Shown: piece by piece, positions 11,024-23,346 of the stretch
How positions within the stretch are numbered: the stretch's first letter is position 1
How the letters are laid out: every line of letters starts with the position of its first letter
Assembly: GCA_016748015.1 (NCBI GenBank)
Contig: JAAOMT010000127.1
Span: 33,312 to 97,311 of the forward strand
DNA: 64,000 bases
Direction of reading: 5' to 3'
Source of the DNA: Geosiphon pyriformis uo1
Lineage: Eukaryota > Fungi > Glomeromycota
Position numbers and translations under genes: made by a program
Notes under the pieces: generated by a model
Database searches by the model: none
What the model saw: only the letters and a program-made list of their open reading frames with translations
Told to the model about the DNA's origin: nothing

Positions 11024-11983
11024 ATGATTAACAGTAGAGCTAAGCTTGTCAAACTTTTGGTCACTCTTATTGCTCTTTCGTCTTCTATCTTCCAAAGCTT
11101 TTATGCATCTGCAGCTCCTATTGAAACGCGTAGTTTTCTGACAGGGTATAAGCCAGTTATTCTTCTCAATACCGCCCAAGAAACCATTGCATGTAATGAA
11201 GCCGCCAATACTAATCAACTCGAGATCGAAGCAGCCAATGCAGCTCAGACAGCGAATACATATGACAATGAAGCTGCAACAACTTTCTTATTCAATAAAC
11301 GGAATTTACTGCCAGGGTATAAACCAGTTATACTTTTCAATACCGCCCAAGAAACCATTGCATGTAATGAAGCCGCCAATACTAATCAACTCGAGATCGA
11401 AGCAGCCAATGCAGCTCAAACAGCGAATACATATGATAATGAAGCTGCAACAACTTTGCTTTTTAATAAGCGCAGTTTTCTAACAGGATATAAGCCAGTC
11501 GTTCTTCTCAATACTGCCCATGAGACTATTGCATCCAATGAGGCCGCCAACGTAAACCAACTCGAGATTGAAGCAGCCAATGCAGCTCAAACCGCAAATA
11601 CTTATGATAATGAGGCTGCTGCTACTTTACTTGTCAACAAACGGAATTTCTTGGGTCAATATAAACCCGTCATTCTACTTAATAGTGCACAAGAAACTAT
11701 CGCTTCCAATGAAGCCGCCAACGTAAACCAACTCGAGATTGAAGCAGCCAATGCAGCTCAAACCGCCTGTAGCTATGATAATGAAGCTGCGACAACCTTT
11801 TTATTTAATAAACGCAATTTTCTAACAGGATATAAGCCAGTCGTTCTTCTCAATACTGCTCATGAAACTATTGCATGCAATGAAGCTGCCAACACAAATC
11901 AACTTGAAATTGAGGCGGCTAATGCAGCTCAAACGGCAAATACATATGATAATGAAGCCGCCGCTACCCTTCTCGTAAATTAA
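11024..11983 (+). CDS. Secreted Kex2-processed repeat protein (KEP): 36-aa leader + five 55-aa peptides separated by KR, 319 aa (copy 1)
   Basis: ATG at 11024 (ORF-track start 11009 is non-ATG); hydrophobic signal ending ASA-AP; ETR| then 171-bp/57-aa repeats, the first four ending NKR; last unit ends at the stop exactly where KR would be. Confidence 0.92.
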   Translation: MINSRAKLVKLLVTLIALSSSIFQSFYASAAPIETRSFLTGYKPVILLNTAQETIACNEAANTNQLEIEAANAAQTANTYDNEAATTFLFNKRNLLPGYKPVILFNTAQETIACNEAANTNQLEIEAANAAQTANTYDNEAATTLLFNKRSFLTGYKPVVLLNTAHETIASNEAANVNQLEIEAANAAQTANTYDNEAAATLLVNKRNFLGQYKPVILLNSAQETIASNEAANVNQLEIEAANAAQTACSYDNEAATTFLFNKRNFLTGYKPVVLLNTAHETIACNEAANTNQLEIEAANAAQTANTYDNEAAATLLVN

Positions 11984-13329
11984 AAGCAAATTTTTTAAAA
12001 TTAATGCTAATCACACACACGTTATATTTTTCCTGTAATTTTACAAGATTAAATAATTATGTAATCGAGTTTTATTCGGTTAAATTTATCTTGAAAAAAA
12101 TTTCAGTCCGCTTAAATAAAACTTGGTTATTTTAATTTGAGGTTATCTTAAATTGAACTAGGTCTTATCTTGCAAACCTTTCTTTTTCTAACGAGTCTTG
12201 AATAATAGCTCTTTTGAACTATTAAGCAATGACGAATCAAAGTCCAAAAATAGCTATTATGAAAATTTTATAAAATACTTTAACGCAAGTTCGCCATGAA
12301 AATTGAAAATGTAATAGGATAAATTATATGCTAAAAATATCGCGGTTTTATCATTTCAGGTTTATAAAAAAACAGTTTTTTTGGAAATATTAATTCTGTA
12401 TAATCATTAATATTGTATTAAACATTGATTGCCAGAAATTGTTATTAAGGTGAATAAGTGTGATATTTTGTAACAACTAAAGTTCATTAAGACTAGTTGA
12501 AAGTTGATTTGGTTTTTTATTTTTAAATGTAATTTATAGATAGTAGTTAGATTCTTAAAGAATATAATACATTAAAATAAATGTTTAATTAATTTAAATT
12601 AATAAATTTATAATTTAATACTTATTCTTAAAGTCTATGAGATTTTATTAAACTCTTAAAAAAATAATAATAAGAATTCTAATGAATATTATCTGGACAA
12701 ATTAAAGTAATATAATTTAATATAATTATTTTTGTATCTTTAAAGCTTTTTAATAAAATATAAATAAACTACATTATTAAAATAACCAACTATTATTATT
12801 GCTTGTTTTGATGTAGTTTTTAATTTATTGAATTTTTAAATATATCTTCTATAACAAAATTATTTCATAAATAAAACAAAAAACAAGCTTTAAATATTGC
12901 AATTATAATGGGTATTATTTAAAATAGTAATTAGAATATAAATTTTAAAAAATATTTATAATATAATAAGTATTTTACAGCAGTATATGTTGGTATATTA
13001 TTAAAAACAATTGCTAATAATTTAGTTTTTAACATCTAATATATTTTTAATTATAACTTTAATCATTTATTTTCATTTTGAACTTATATTAATTACTTCT
13101 CAAATTTAAAATTTATTTGCTAATAAAATAATAAAAAGCCAAAAATAGGTTGGTTTAAAATATTTTTCTATTTATCAAATATCAAAATAATTTTAATGCT
13201 GTTTTTTTTATGTAATATAATTAAATTGGCTTTTTTAGCATTTAAAATACTATTTAATAAAGCAGTTAATTAAAAAAAATTAAAATTAGATTTAAAAATT
13301 TAAAAAATTTTGAATTATTAAATTTGTTA

Positions 13330-16300
13330 TTTTTTTTTTAATTGCTTAATGAGTGAGGTCCAAACACTACCTAGTACTATACATCAAAGAATTGATCTAA
13401 ACTAGGCATGAATCATGTACTTTCTACACATGACCAGCCACTCGGGCCAATCAGAACAACACTATGCAGCTATATGAACTGATACTGATTCACCTATACC
13501 TGAAAAAAACAAACAAGACTTGTGAAAACCAAAATAAACACCTAGAGCATTAGTGATGCCAAGTAACCTAACCACCTCTGCAGAAAACCTCTAAGCCAAA
13601 CCATGAACTGAGATGATGGCCGAACCATCTAGCAGGATCAGTCCATTCTTCTCCATATATGCACGATGCTTAACACAAACCAACTAGACATCCTCCCTGA
13701 AAGCAAGACCAAGAGAGTGCACAAACTTGACAATCTTCAAAACAGCAATCTTGGGGTTGTGAAAGATGGAAACAGTCTCGCAAAACCACTTATTGAAAAC
13801 AAAGCCCTTAAAAAAAGCCATGGACACAGAGGAATCAGAAATACTGAATGATAACAGCTGCAATATACCTGAGGAAGAATAAGAGAAACCAGAAAGTGCC
13901 TTCCAGGACCCTACATGAGAATCCAACAACTGACTTCGAACAGACTCGTCAACCTTGTAAGAGAACACATGATCCGACACCTCTACCTTATCACAATACA
14001 AACACAACACGCTAAGATAATGTCTATTATAGAGGCGCTTTCGAACAGCAACTGGCAGCCGATGGTGTAAAGACTTCATAAAGTAAGTACGCATACTGGA
14101 CAAAGACCTGTTGGTGAAACCTGCAGCCATATGCAAATTAGAATGCCATACCAACAATGAGTGAGGCCAATCAACCTCAGAAGACAAGCTGCTCACCAAA
14201 ACCCCAGAACCAGAACCAACCTCTCATTGTGCATGACAAATAGAATGATAAATATCATGAACAAAATGTCTCGAATTTCCAGAAACAATACTACCATCAG
14301 CTGACAAGAAGTGCTTACTCAAGTGAGAAGGAAGATACCAATTGGAGAGAGAAGTAGCACCAGCAATCGCGTCAGCACGCTTGTTTCTCAAAACACCAGA
14401 ATGATCTTTTACCTTGTGAAAGCTAACCCTCAACTTCTTACTGCAAATCACGTTAACAATATGACGACGTTTGACCCAATACTGATTACGATAATCGGAA
14501 TACACCAGACCCAACTCCGACCTGCAAGCATCCAAAGCCGATTGACTATCTGAGAACAAACAAACAGAGCTTGATGAGAAAACACACTCCAGAGCCAAGG
14601 CAACAGCCTGCAATTCCGCCAAAGTAGACGACATCAAACCCAACACACTAACGCCCAAATCTAAACCAATGTCCTCAAAAAAAACAGCAGTGCCAGCTCT
14701 ACAGCCAACCGTGCCATGATTACTAAGGGACCCATCTGTATATACTAACAGGCTGCTAGCACTGGTTGCCAAGAGATAATCACAAACAGACACAATTCAT
14801 CAGACTCAAGAATGTTTGAAAGACCACCATCACCCAAAACTAAAGACTGAACATGAAAAGATCTCACACTATTGAGAAACAAAACAGAATGCTTGAACCA
14901 CTCAGGAACTGGGCCATGGGGGTCCAATCTCTTCCACCACTTGAAAGTGTACCAATCATAGACAGCACCATGACGGTCATGAAGTTGATCCACAAAGGCA
15001 ATACTATACCACCGAAGGGAAGGGAGAAACCTAAGAAACCTTGACTCGCCCAAAAGCTCAGACATAGGCACTCCACCATAAGACCGAAAGGAACTAACTA
15101 AAGAGCCACCCAGAAACACATTGCAATCGAGAAGAACACAAATCATGCCTGCCAGAAAGTTATTAGATGCACTGACATAAATACGAACAGGAGAACTCAA
15201 TGGATGAACAGGACGCCAACACAAAACTTGCAAGTCATGAGACCTGTAGGAAAACAAATAACCCAAGATACCACCAGAGTTTGCAAAACTGACAAGGGAA
15301 GCAATCTTGCTTTCAGATTGAACTTGAAAAAATGACTTTAAACCATAAAATGAAGGGTGATAAATCACATCATTAGGGAAATCGAGTGGCAAACCAGACT
15401 TGAGCTTCAAACCTTTATGAATCAGAGCATCCCACTTGTTGTACACACCAACAGGAATAAAACTGAACTGAGTTCTGTAGCTGACTATTGGATGCAGAAC
15501 TGCCAACACCAAATACAAGAACTGCTTATCTGAGACCACCTTCCTCAACACCAGATTGGTAAAAAAGCGAATGTCCGAATGTGCCTTAACCAAGCTAGGC
15601 TTTGAAAGACCCTCAGTTGATAGAAAAATGCCCAGATATCAGTAAGATTCCCCCTTTTAGGCAATAGAAATGGGTGAACCACTAATAGAAAGAAAGGGAT
15701 TGCTAACTCTGCTATTGATAGGAATGGCTACCATTTTGTTATTATTAATAGAGATGTCATTAACACGAAAAAATTCACTAGCAACATTAAGAATATGCTG
15801 AGTAGCCATCTGACTGCTGCCAACCCAAATCGTATCATCAACAAAAGCACCAGTGGCAAAAAAAAAAGAAAATCCAGCCTGAGGTTTGGAACAACTATTC
15901 TTGGAAACAAAGTGAGAAATCAACCTATACCCACATATACTCTCCTGTCTTTTGACTTCGCACAAAAAAGGATCATAAAATATGTGCCAGAGAAGAGGAG
16001 AGAAGACCTCTCCCTGGTCCAAACCATTATGCACACAATAACCACTTGTTAATCCAAAATCAGTCATGACTTGATTGGTACGATTCCTATGAATACCGCC
16101 AAAAAACCGAATAAATTTGCTACACATCTTAATCCTGACCAAACTCTTCTTGAGATGCTCCCAGCCAACTGAGTCATATGCCTTTCGCATGTCCTGTAAA
16201 ACCAGCCAGAGTTCCCTGTTTTTTTCCAAAGCATTTTTGACCACTGAACCAATTGCAAAAATAGGAAACTGGGTCGTTGTACCTTTCAGAACTGAAAAAT

Positions 16301-19300
16301 TGGCCCCCCGAAGCACATTAAAAGTACTACATGCCAAAGAAATCCTGTTAGAGAGGATCTTGGAAAGAATCTTGTGAGCCATTTCAATTAAGGCAATAAG
16401 ACATGTATTTATCAAAACATTTTTCCACTCATAAAATTTGGGAATCATTAAGACCTATGCTTCCTTCCAAGGACCGGGCACTGATTCACTAGACAAACAA
16501 GAGTTCAAGAGCACCAACAACATATCTAAAACCGACCTATCACAATGTTTCCAAAGCTCATTTGAAATACCCAACAAACCAGCCGCTTTACCATCCGGAA
16601 GATCAGAAACCACCCCAAGGAACTCATCATACTCAATCGAACACATGACTTTAGAAAAAGCTTTATCAAAAACATACTCCAGCAGCTAATATTGGAGGTG
16701 CCAATCATCCGAGACATTATCAATCACCCGACACTTCCTAGTCCAACCTTCTATGATCGCATCCACCTTGGACTTGACCTGCTTAGGTTCTAAAATCAAA
16801 TCATCATCAACTACCAAATGATCCAGCACAATCTTACGAAACAGGCACTCTAACACACTCTTTATTGTATGATCTTTATCTACTTCAAAGCTTTCCATCC
16901 TCTTGTCAATCACAGACCTGATGTTTGCATCTTTAGTACTCTGAGATTTAACAAGCTTGGACACCCGATAAGATTTCTTGGCACCAAAAAGAGCAGAATG
17001 AACATGATTAGATTCCACACCAGATCCTAAACAACCGAAGCCTTGACACTGTTTAGAGAAGCCCAACACTTCATAAGAAAAGCAAAATCCACAGCACACC
17101 TCACACGAAACGCCTTAATAATCTTTGAAACCAGAAGTTCTAACTTGTGAAATCTTGAAGACTCTTTGGTAAAAATATCATTAAATTCCTTAAACCACTT
17201 TTTCTTGAACACTTCACTAGCCAAAAGAACTATTATCTTGTGAACAACATCCCATATTGCATCCAAATCTGAAAAACCCACAAAAATAGTGAACTCATTT
17301 GAGAATATTGTTGCATTAGCCAACGTGGCATACTTAAAATTGATCCATTTACCCTTATCAGCACCCTTGAAATCGAACTTCCATCTGTTCCTGTTTGCTT
17401 GTTTGCGAAAAGAGTTCAATTGCATATCCAGAAGTTCACCTAGACCCAAAGACACCAAAACAGCTTGATGATCTGTGTCAGAATGCTCACTGACACCTGA
17501 AACATTACGACGTATCATCACATTGACCAGATTTGGAGAGACAAACATGTAATCAATTGTTCTCTTGACACTCCTAGAATTCTCCCAAGTGGGCATTTTT
17601 ACAGCCAGGCTCCTGACCAAAGAGTTAATCAATCCCAAATCAAGGCACTTCTTGAAACTCGCACACTTACAAGAGCCATCTTCATTAAAATCACTGCTGA
17701 GAATAACAAAGGAAGACTCATTAACAGCCTTTGCAATGATAGAGTTGATTTTGTCTGTCTGAGAGAACCAGACTGCTGAAGAAGCACCAGCATAAATTCC
17801 CAAAATTGACACAGAGAGCTTATTCTTAAAAAGTAATTTGATAGACATGAGCTGACCCAGCACCTCAAACACCTTACACACATGTTTCGCCAAAGAAGAG
17901 TTCATAACTACCACCACACCAGCACCCAGATACCCAGAATCCAAGCCAGTAGTAAACACCCAAACTCCATTAAACTTGTTAATGATCTAGGGTCGAACCC
18001 TATCCTTTAACTTAGTTTCAGTAAAAATAGAAATTGAATTGTCTATGTCCTTATGCCAACAAACAACATCACTCTGCTTCGCAGGGTTGTTCATTCCTCT
18101 AACATTGCATGTAGCAACTTTCTATACTAATTCACTCATTGGGAGGGAGATTGGAAGTTCGCACTACCAGTCAAAACCAGACTATCAAAACAAGCGGACA
18201 AGCTTAACACAGATTTGGAAAGGCCCTTTAACATATTTTCTAATCTAACAACATAAGGGGATGTAGACGAGTCCACAAACATGGCAGACTCATGGCCATT
18301 GGCCATACTCAAATCTATTTCCACTGTCACATTACTTTCTGAATTCTGCAGTGGGATAATCACTGGCAGCCAGCATTTGTGACCAGGCTGGGGAACCACC
18401 AGCATGAGCAACTCTAATTTCTTAGTTAACTTATCAATTTGTCCTGCAAGACTGACAAGACCATCTTCAATACTAACCAATTTCTTTTCTAAATTTTTTG
18501 CAACAGGAGGGGTAGGTTTACCATCGATGATGGAACCAAAATGTGCCTTACTACCAGAGAGAGAGGGAATAGAGAAAGCACCAACCACTAATGCCCAAGT
18601 TTTACTGTCAAAAGCCAAAAGACGAGAGATAGATGCAGATTTCTTTGCATAAATTTTTGCCAATCTGGATTGGTCCTGAGCCAAAAGGGGAGCCTTTCTG
18701 CCTTCTGCAATCCCAGCATTTTTGACTGATCTACAACTGAGTGCAGTATGACCAAAATTCTTACAAACCGCACATAAAGCCAAAGAAAGACAAGACCAAT
18801 GGAGACCAAGTCTTTTATAACTGGGGTTGTTGCCATTGCATTAACTAATTCCACTTCTGAGCTAAAACACACAGTGGCACAGCGGATGTGAGAATAACTG
18901 ACGGGATTGTGATTGATAAAGCAGGTTTTTCCACCAATAGAACCAATAAAATCCCACAAATCATGAGCAGTAGTTCCCATGGGGAGAATATATAGCAAAG
19001 TCCTAAAATTATTCCTGGCATCCCATAATTGTTTGTCGATGTCAGCCCTGGCTACCCGAACCATATCCTTCTCAATAAGGATAGACCACTTAGAGGCTAA
19101 AAAATCAGTCTGGTCTTAATCTTCCAATTCGATGATCGCTTTTTGCCATAAACTCACCAGCTGCATTTTGATCGACTTAATGATGCCAAATTCGGCCACA
19201 GTCGTACGCACAGTCTCCAAAGATGTTCCCACAGGAATTTTCTTTAGCACAATTGCCCGATTTGTACAATTGTTGACAGGGCACTTGAGATTAGTGTTTA

Positions 19301-20091
19301 CCATAACACTATGATCATTAGCCAGATTTGCCACAGTTATCATCACCTCTTCAGAAGTAAACGTGGCCTGAATGATTCCACCAAATTTTGAGGGGGTAAA
19401 AGCTCCCCCAAAACCATTCACACTAGAGAAAAGTTTTCTGACAAAATGTAGTTTTTTCTGAGATGATTTTCCAGAAACAGCCACAAGATCAATATTCAAA
19501 GCAAAGGATTTACAAACAGAAATTTGAATAGAAGGTTTAAGCAGAAGAGGTGGTAGAAGAAGAATAGAATTATCCAAAACATCATCATCATCATTGCTTT
19601 TTCTGCCAAAATCAATAGTACTTAGAGGCTTTCCAAGAACACGCTTGGTAACAATTCTCTTGGGACCTTTGGGTGTTGCTTCAATGTCATTACCTCCAGA
19701 CTCTCTTTTACTCTCAAGCTGAAAGCTTGTTTCTTCGATCAGATATTTTTCCCCTATATCGACACTTTCCAACTTAGTAATATTTCCACTCTCATGCCTA
19801 ACCAAATTGCTAGAGGCGGCACCTGCAGAGACACCAACTATCTTGACAGGTTCTTTCAGCAACCCACCTTTGCATTTCTTCCTGGAAGAGGAGTTGACTA
19901 CAGCTGTACCAGAAAGTGATTTTTTTTTGGACCCCTTTATAACAGAAATGCCACCGCCGACAGCAGCTTTGTATTCAAACAAAAACGGTTTTGAAGTATC
20001 TAACTGAATAGCGACAAAAAATACGAGAAACAAAAAACTTTTTTCAAAATATGTACTTTTTCAGAACTTTGGGAAGTAGGAGAGAAAGAAG
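13330..20091 (-). mobile_element. Full-length non-LTR retrotransposon (LINE copy 1): ORF1 + ORF2 (APE, RT, RNase H, C-terminal Cys motif); degenerate
   Basis: ORF1 with zinc knuckle CAVCKNFGHTALSC; ORF2 ~18139..13462 with TCNVRG, DFN, IDY, TDH (APE), QDMRKAYDSV, QGEVFSP, FVDDT (RT), YTDGS...DSQ (RNase H); poly(A) tail as T-run at ~13330. Confidence 0.93.
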
Positions 20092-21897
20092 TTTTGTTTT
20101 TTTTTCTAACAAAAATGTTGACAGTTATTTTGATTTAATTAAACTACTTAAGCTCATTAAAGTCTTTTGTTATCTATTAAAATGTTTATTTATTTAATAT
20201 TATTATTCAAAACAATAATTACTTTTTTTTATAATATTTTTAACAATAAAATTAATTATTAAATTTAATAGTTTTTTAAATAATATAAGTAAAATAAAAA
20301 AACATTAAAAATTATGTTGCTTATATAAGTATTATTATTTATCAAAAATAATAATTGTATATATATATAATACAATTTTTAAAAATTATTAATTAATTAA
20401 TATGTTAATATTTTGCGATTTTTTTAAGCTTAAAAACATTTGCTTTATTATTTGTCTTGTTATAATAAATGTTTACAACTTCTTAAGATTTTAGTTTAGT
20501 ATAAAAATATGTATATTTTTTTAAATAATTTTAAATAATGTTTTTAATGAATAAGTTTTTTAAAGTTTTTTTTATAATTAAAAGCTTTATTACAAACTTT
20601 ATATATAGGATAATTATTGTATTTATTTGTAGCTTTTACATTAATATAATATTATTTGTAAATTTATGTTTTTTAGAACTATTAATGTGTTGTCAAGCTA
20701 TTTTATATATATATACAATTATATATTTATTATTTTATATGTAAAAATTCTTTTACCAAGTTATTAAAAACATTAAACATTATTGAATCTTTTAATAAAC
20801 AAAAATTTTAAATAAAAAGATTTAGGATAATTTTTTATTAGAAGTTGTTTTATTATATAATTCTAGTTTAGTTAAGTTCAATTTTAGTAATACTTACTGG
20901 ATATTTCAATGAACATTATTAATATATATGCTCTAAAGTAAACATAATTATGTATTTTTTACATATAACTAGCTATTCAAATTCAAATACAAATATAAAT
21001 ATCTTTTAAATATTAATTTTGTTTTTTAATTTTCAATGTTATTTATAAAAATAATTAGTTTTATTCAAATGCTTTTTCTTGTAGTTGTATGCTATAAACT
21101 TTTTAAAATTTATTGTTTGTTAAAAAAATTTTTTATAATTAGTTCAAGATTTTCAATTTTCAGGTTTTTATTTTAGATTATTTAAAAGTCGAGAGTTCAA
21201 AATATGAATAATATCTTTTTTAGAATCGGGAATCTCTATTATTTTATATTATACTTTAAATAATAATAACAATAAGTTAAAACTTAAAGAAATTTATGAC
21301 TAAAAGAAATAATAGTTTCAAGATAAAATTTCTATTAACGTCAATATTCTTCTAATTTCTTTAACTATTTTATTAACTTAAAAAAAATCACTTAGTTTAT
21401 TGCTTTTAAAATATTTTATGCAAAATTCAAAATTCTGCAAATAGAAGTTATGCATTTATTTAATACAATATTAATGATTATACAGAATTAATATTTCCAA
21501 AAAAACTGTTTTTTTATAAACCTGAAATGATAAAACCGCGATATTTTTAGCATATAATTTATCCTATTACATTTTCAATTTTCATGGCGAACTTGCGTTA
21601 AAGTATTTTATAAAATTTTCATAATAGCTATTTTTGGACTTTGATTCGTCATTGCTTAATAGTTCAAAAGAGCTATTATTCAAGACTCGTTAGAAAAAGA
21701 AAGGTTTGCAAGATAAGACCTAGTTCAATTTAAGATAACCTCAAATTAAAATAACCAAGTTTTATTTAAGCGGACTGAAATTTTTTTCAAGATAAATTTA
21801 ACCGAATAAAACTCGATTACATAATTATTTAATCTTGTAAAATTACAGGAAAAATATAACGTGTGTGTGATTAGCATTAATTTTAAAAAATTTGCTT

Positions 21898-22857
21898 TTA
21901 ATTTACGAGAAGGGTAGCGGCGGCTTCATTATCATATGTATTTGCCGTTTGAGCTGCATTAGCCGCCTCAATTTCAAGTTGATTTGTGTTGGCAGCTTCA
22001 TTGCATGCAATAGTTTCATGAGCAGTATTGAGAAGAACGACTGGCTTATATCCTGTTAGAAAATTGCGTTTATTAAATAAAAAGGTTGTCGCAGCTTCAT
22101 TATCATAGCTACAGGCGGTTTGAGCTGCATTGGCTGCTTCAATCTCGAGTTGGTTTACGTTGGCGGCTTCATTGGAAGCGATAGTTTCTTGTGCACTATT
22201 AAGTAGAATGACGGGTTTATATTGACCCAAGAAATTCCGTTTGTTGACAAGTAAAGTAGCAGCAGCCTCATTATCATAAGTATTTGCGGTTTGAGCTGCA
22301 TTGGCTGCTTCAATCTCGAGTTGGTTTACGTTGGCGGCCTCATTGGATGCAATAGTCTCATGGGCAGTATTGAGAAGAACGACTGGCTTATATCCTGTTA
22401 GAAAACTGCGCTTATTAAAAAGCAAAGTTGTTGCAGCTTCATTATCATATGTATTCGCTGTTTGAGCTGCATTGGCTGCTTCGATCTCGAGTTGATTAGT
22501 ATTGGCGGCTTCATTACATGCAATGGTTTCTTGGGCGGTATTGAAAAGTATAACTGGTTTATACCCTGGCAGTAAATTCCGTTTATTGAATAAGAAAGTT
22601 GTTGCAGCTTCATTGTCATATGTATTCGCTGTCTGAGCTGCATTGGCTGCTTCGATCTCGAGTTGATTAGTATTGGCGGCTTCATTACATGCAATGGTTT
22701 CTTGGGCGGTATTGAGAAGAATAACTGGCTTATACCCTGTCAGAAAACTACGCGTTTCAATAGGAGCTGCAGATGCATAAAAGCTTTGGAAGATAGAAGA
22801 CGAAAGAGCAATAAGAGTGACCAAAAGTTTGACAAGCTTAGCTCTACTGTTAATCAT
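21898..22857 (-). CDS. Secreted Kex2-processed five-repeat precursor (copy 2, identical protein)
   Basis: Translation identical to 11024..11983. Confidence 0.92.
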   Translation of the reverse strand: MINSRAKLVKLLVTLIALSSSIFQSFYASAAPIETRSFLTGYKPVILLNTAQETIACNEAANTNQLEIEAANAAQTANTYDNEAATTFLFNKRNLLPGYKPVILFNTAQETIACNEAANTNQLEIEAANAAQTANTYDNEAATTLLFNKRSFLTGYKPVVLLNTAHETIASNEAANVNQLEIEAANAAQTANTYDNEAAATLLVNKRNFLGQYKPVILLNSAQETIASNEAANVNQLEIEAANAAQTACSYDNEAATTFLFNKRNFLTGYKPVVLLNTAHETIACNEAANTNQLEIEAANAAQTANTYDNEAAATLLVN

Positions 22858-23346
22858 TTTGATAATTATCAAATTTTGTCAAATTGCTTTTAAATTGGGA
22901 GTTTTTTATTTTTTAATGAGTGGATACTTTTTTTAGGGGAAGAGTTTAGCAATTCATAAATATGAATTTTAGATAATGCAATCATTTTACCATTTCTTTC
23001 CCTGCCTATGTGCTTTCTGATTAAATTAGGTTTTTATATTATGCTAAATAGTTTTTAATCTTTTTAAGAAAATATGATATTATGCTAGAAAAATCAAACT
23101 TGAATTATGCCATAAAAGTTGAAGCAATTTTATTACTTTATGCTATCTCTTTTAAAGATTTGATCTAAATTTATGCGTGAAAGACGATTTTTCAAGTCGG
23201 AAATTTCATAAAGCACTAAAAAAGGTATTATAAATAAGATTCTTCTTATTCCTAGTATTTAATATTAAAAAAGCATTTTTTTTCTTTGTAAAAGAATAAT
23301 CTCTTTAAAAAAAATATCATTTAAAATTAAAATATTTTATTTTAAA

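Larger units (their letters stand above)
9455..12422 (+). repeat. Left arm of 2,968-bp inverted duplication carrying the two secreted-protein genes
   Basis: Reverse complement of 21459..24426; paired coordinates sum to 33881 at both ends and at both ORFs (no net indel); encoded proteins identical; spot checks found no mismatch. Confidence 0.95.

Noticed and set aside
11187-11483. Overlapping alternative-frame/antisense ORFs on the cassette (11187..11483, 10988..11218, 10090..10278 and mirror copies)
   Set aside because: Shadows of the real genes; their repetition simply follows the 171-bp repeat.
11024-11983. Dikaritin-type RiPP cluster or mating pheromone
   Set aside because: No DUF3328 or other tailoring genes in the window; 55-aa units are much longer than typical cores or alpha-factor-like peptides. 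Trans-acting enzymes cannot be excluded.
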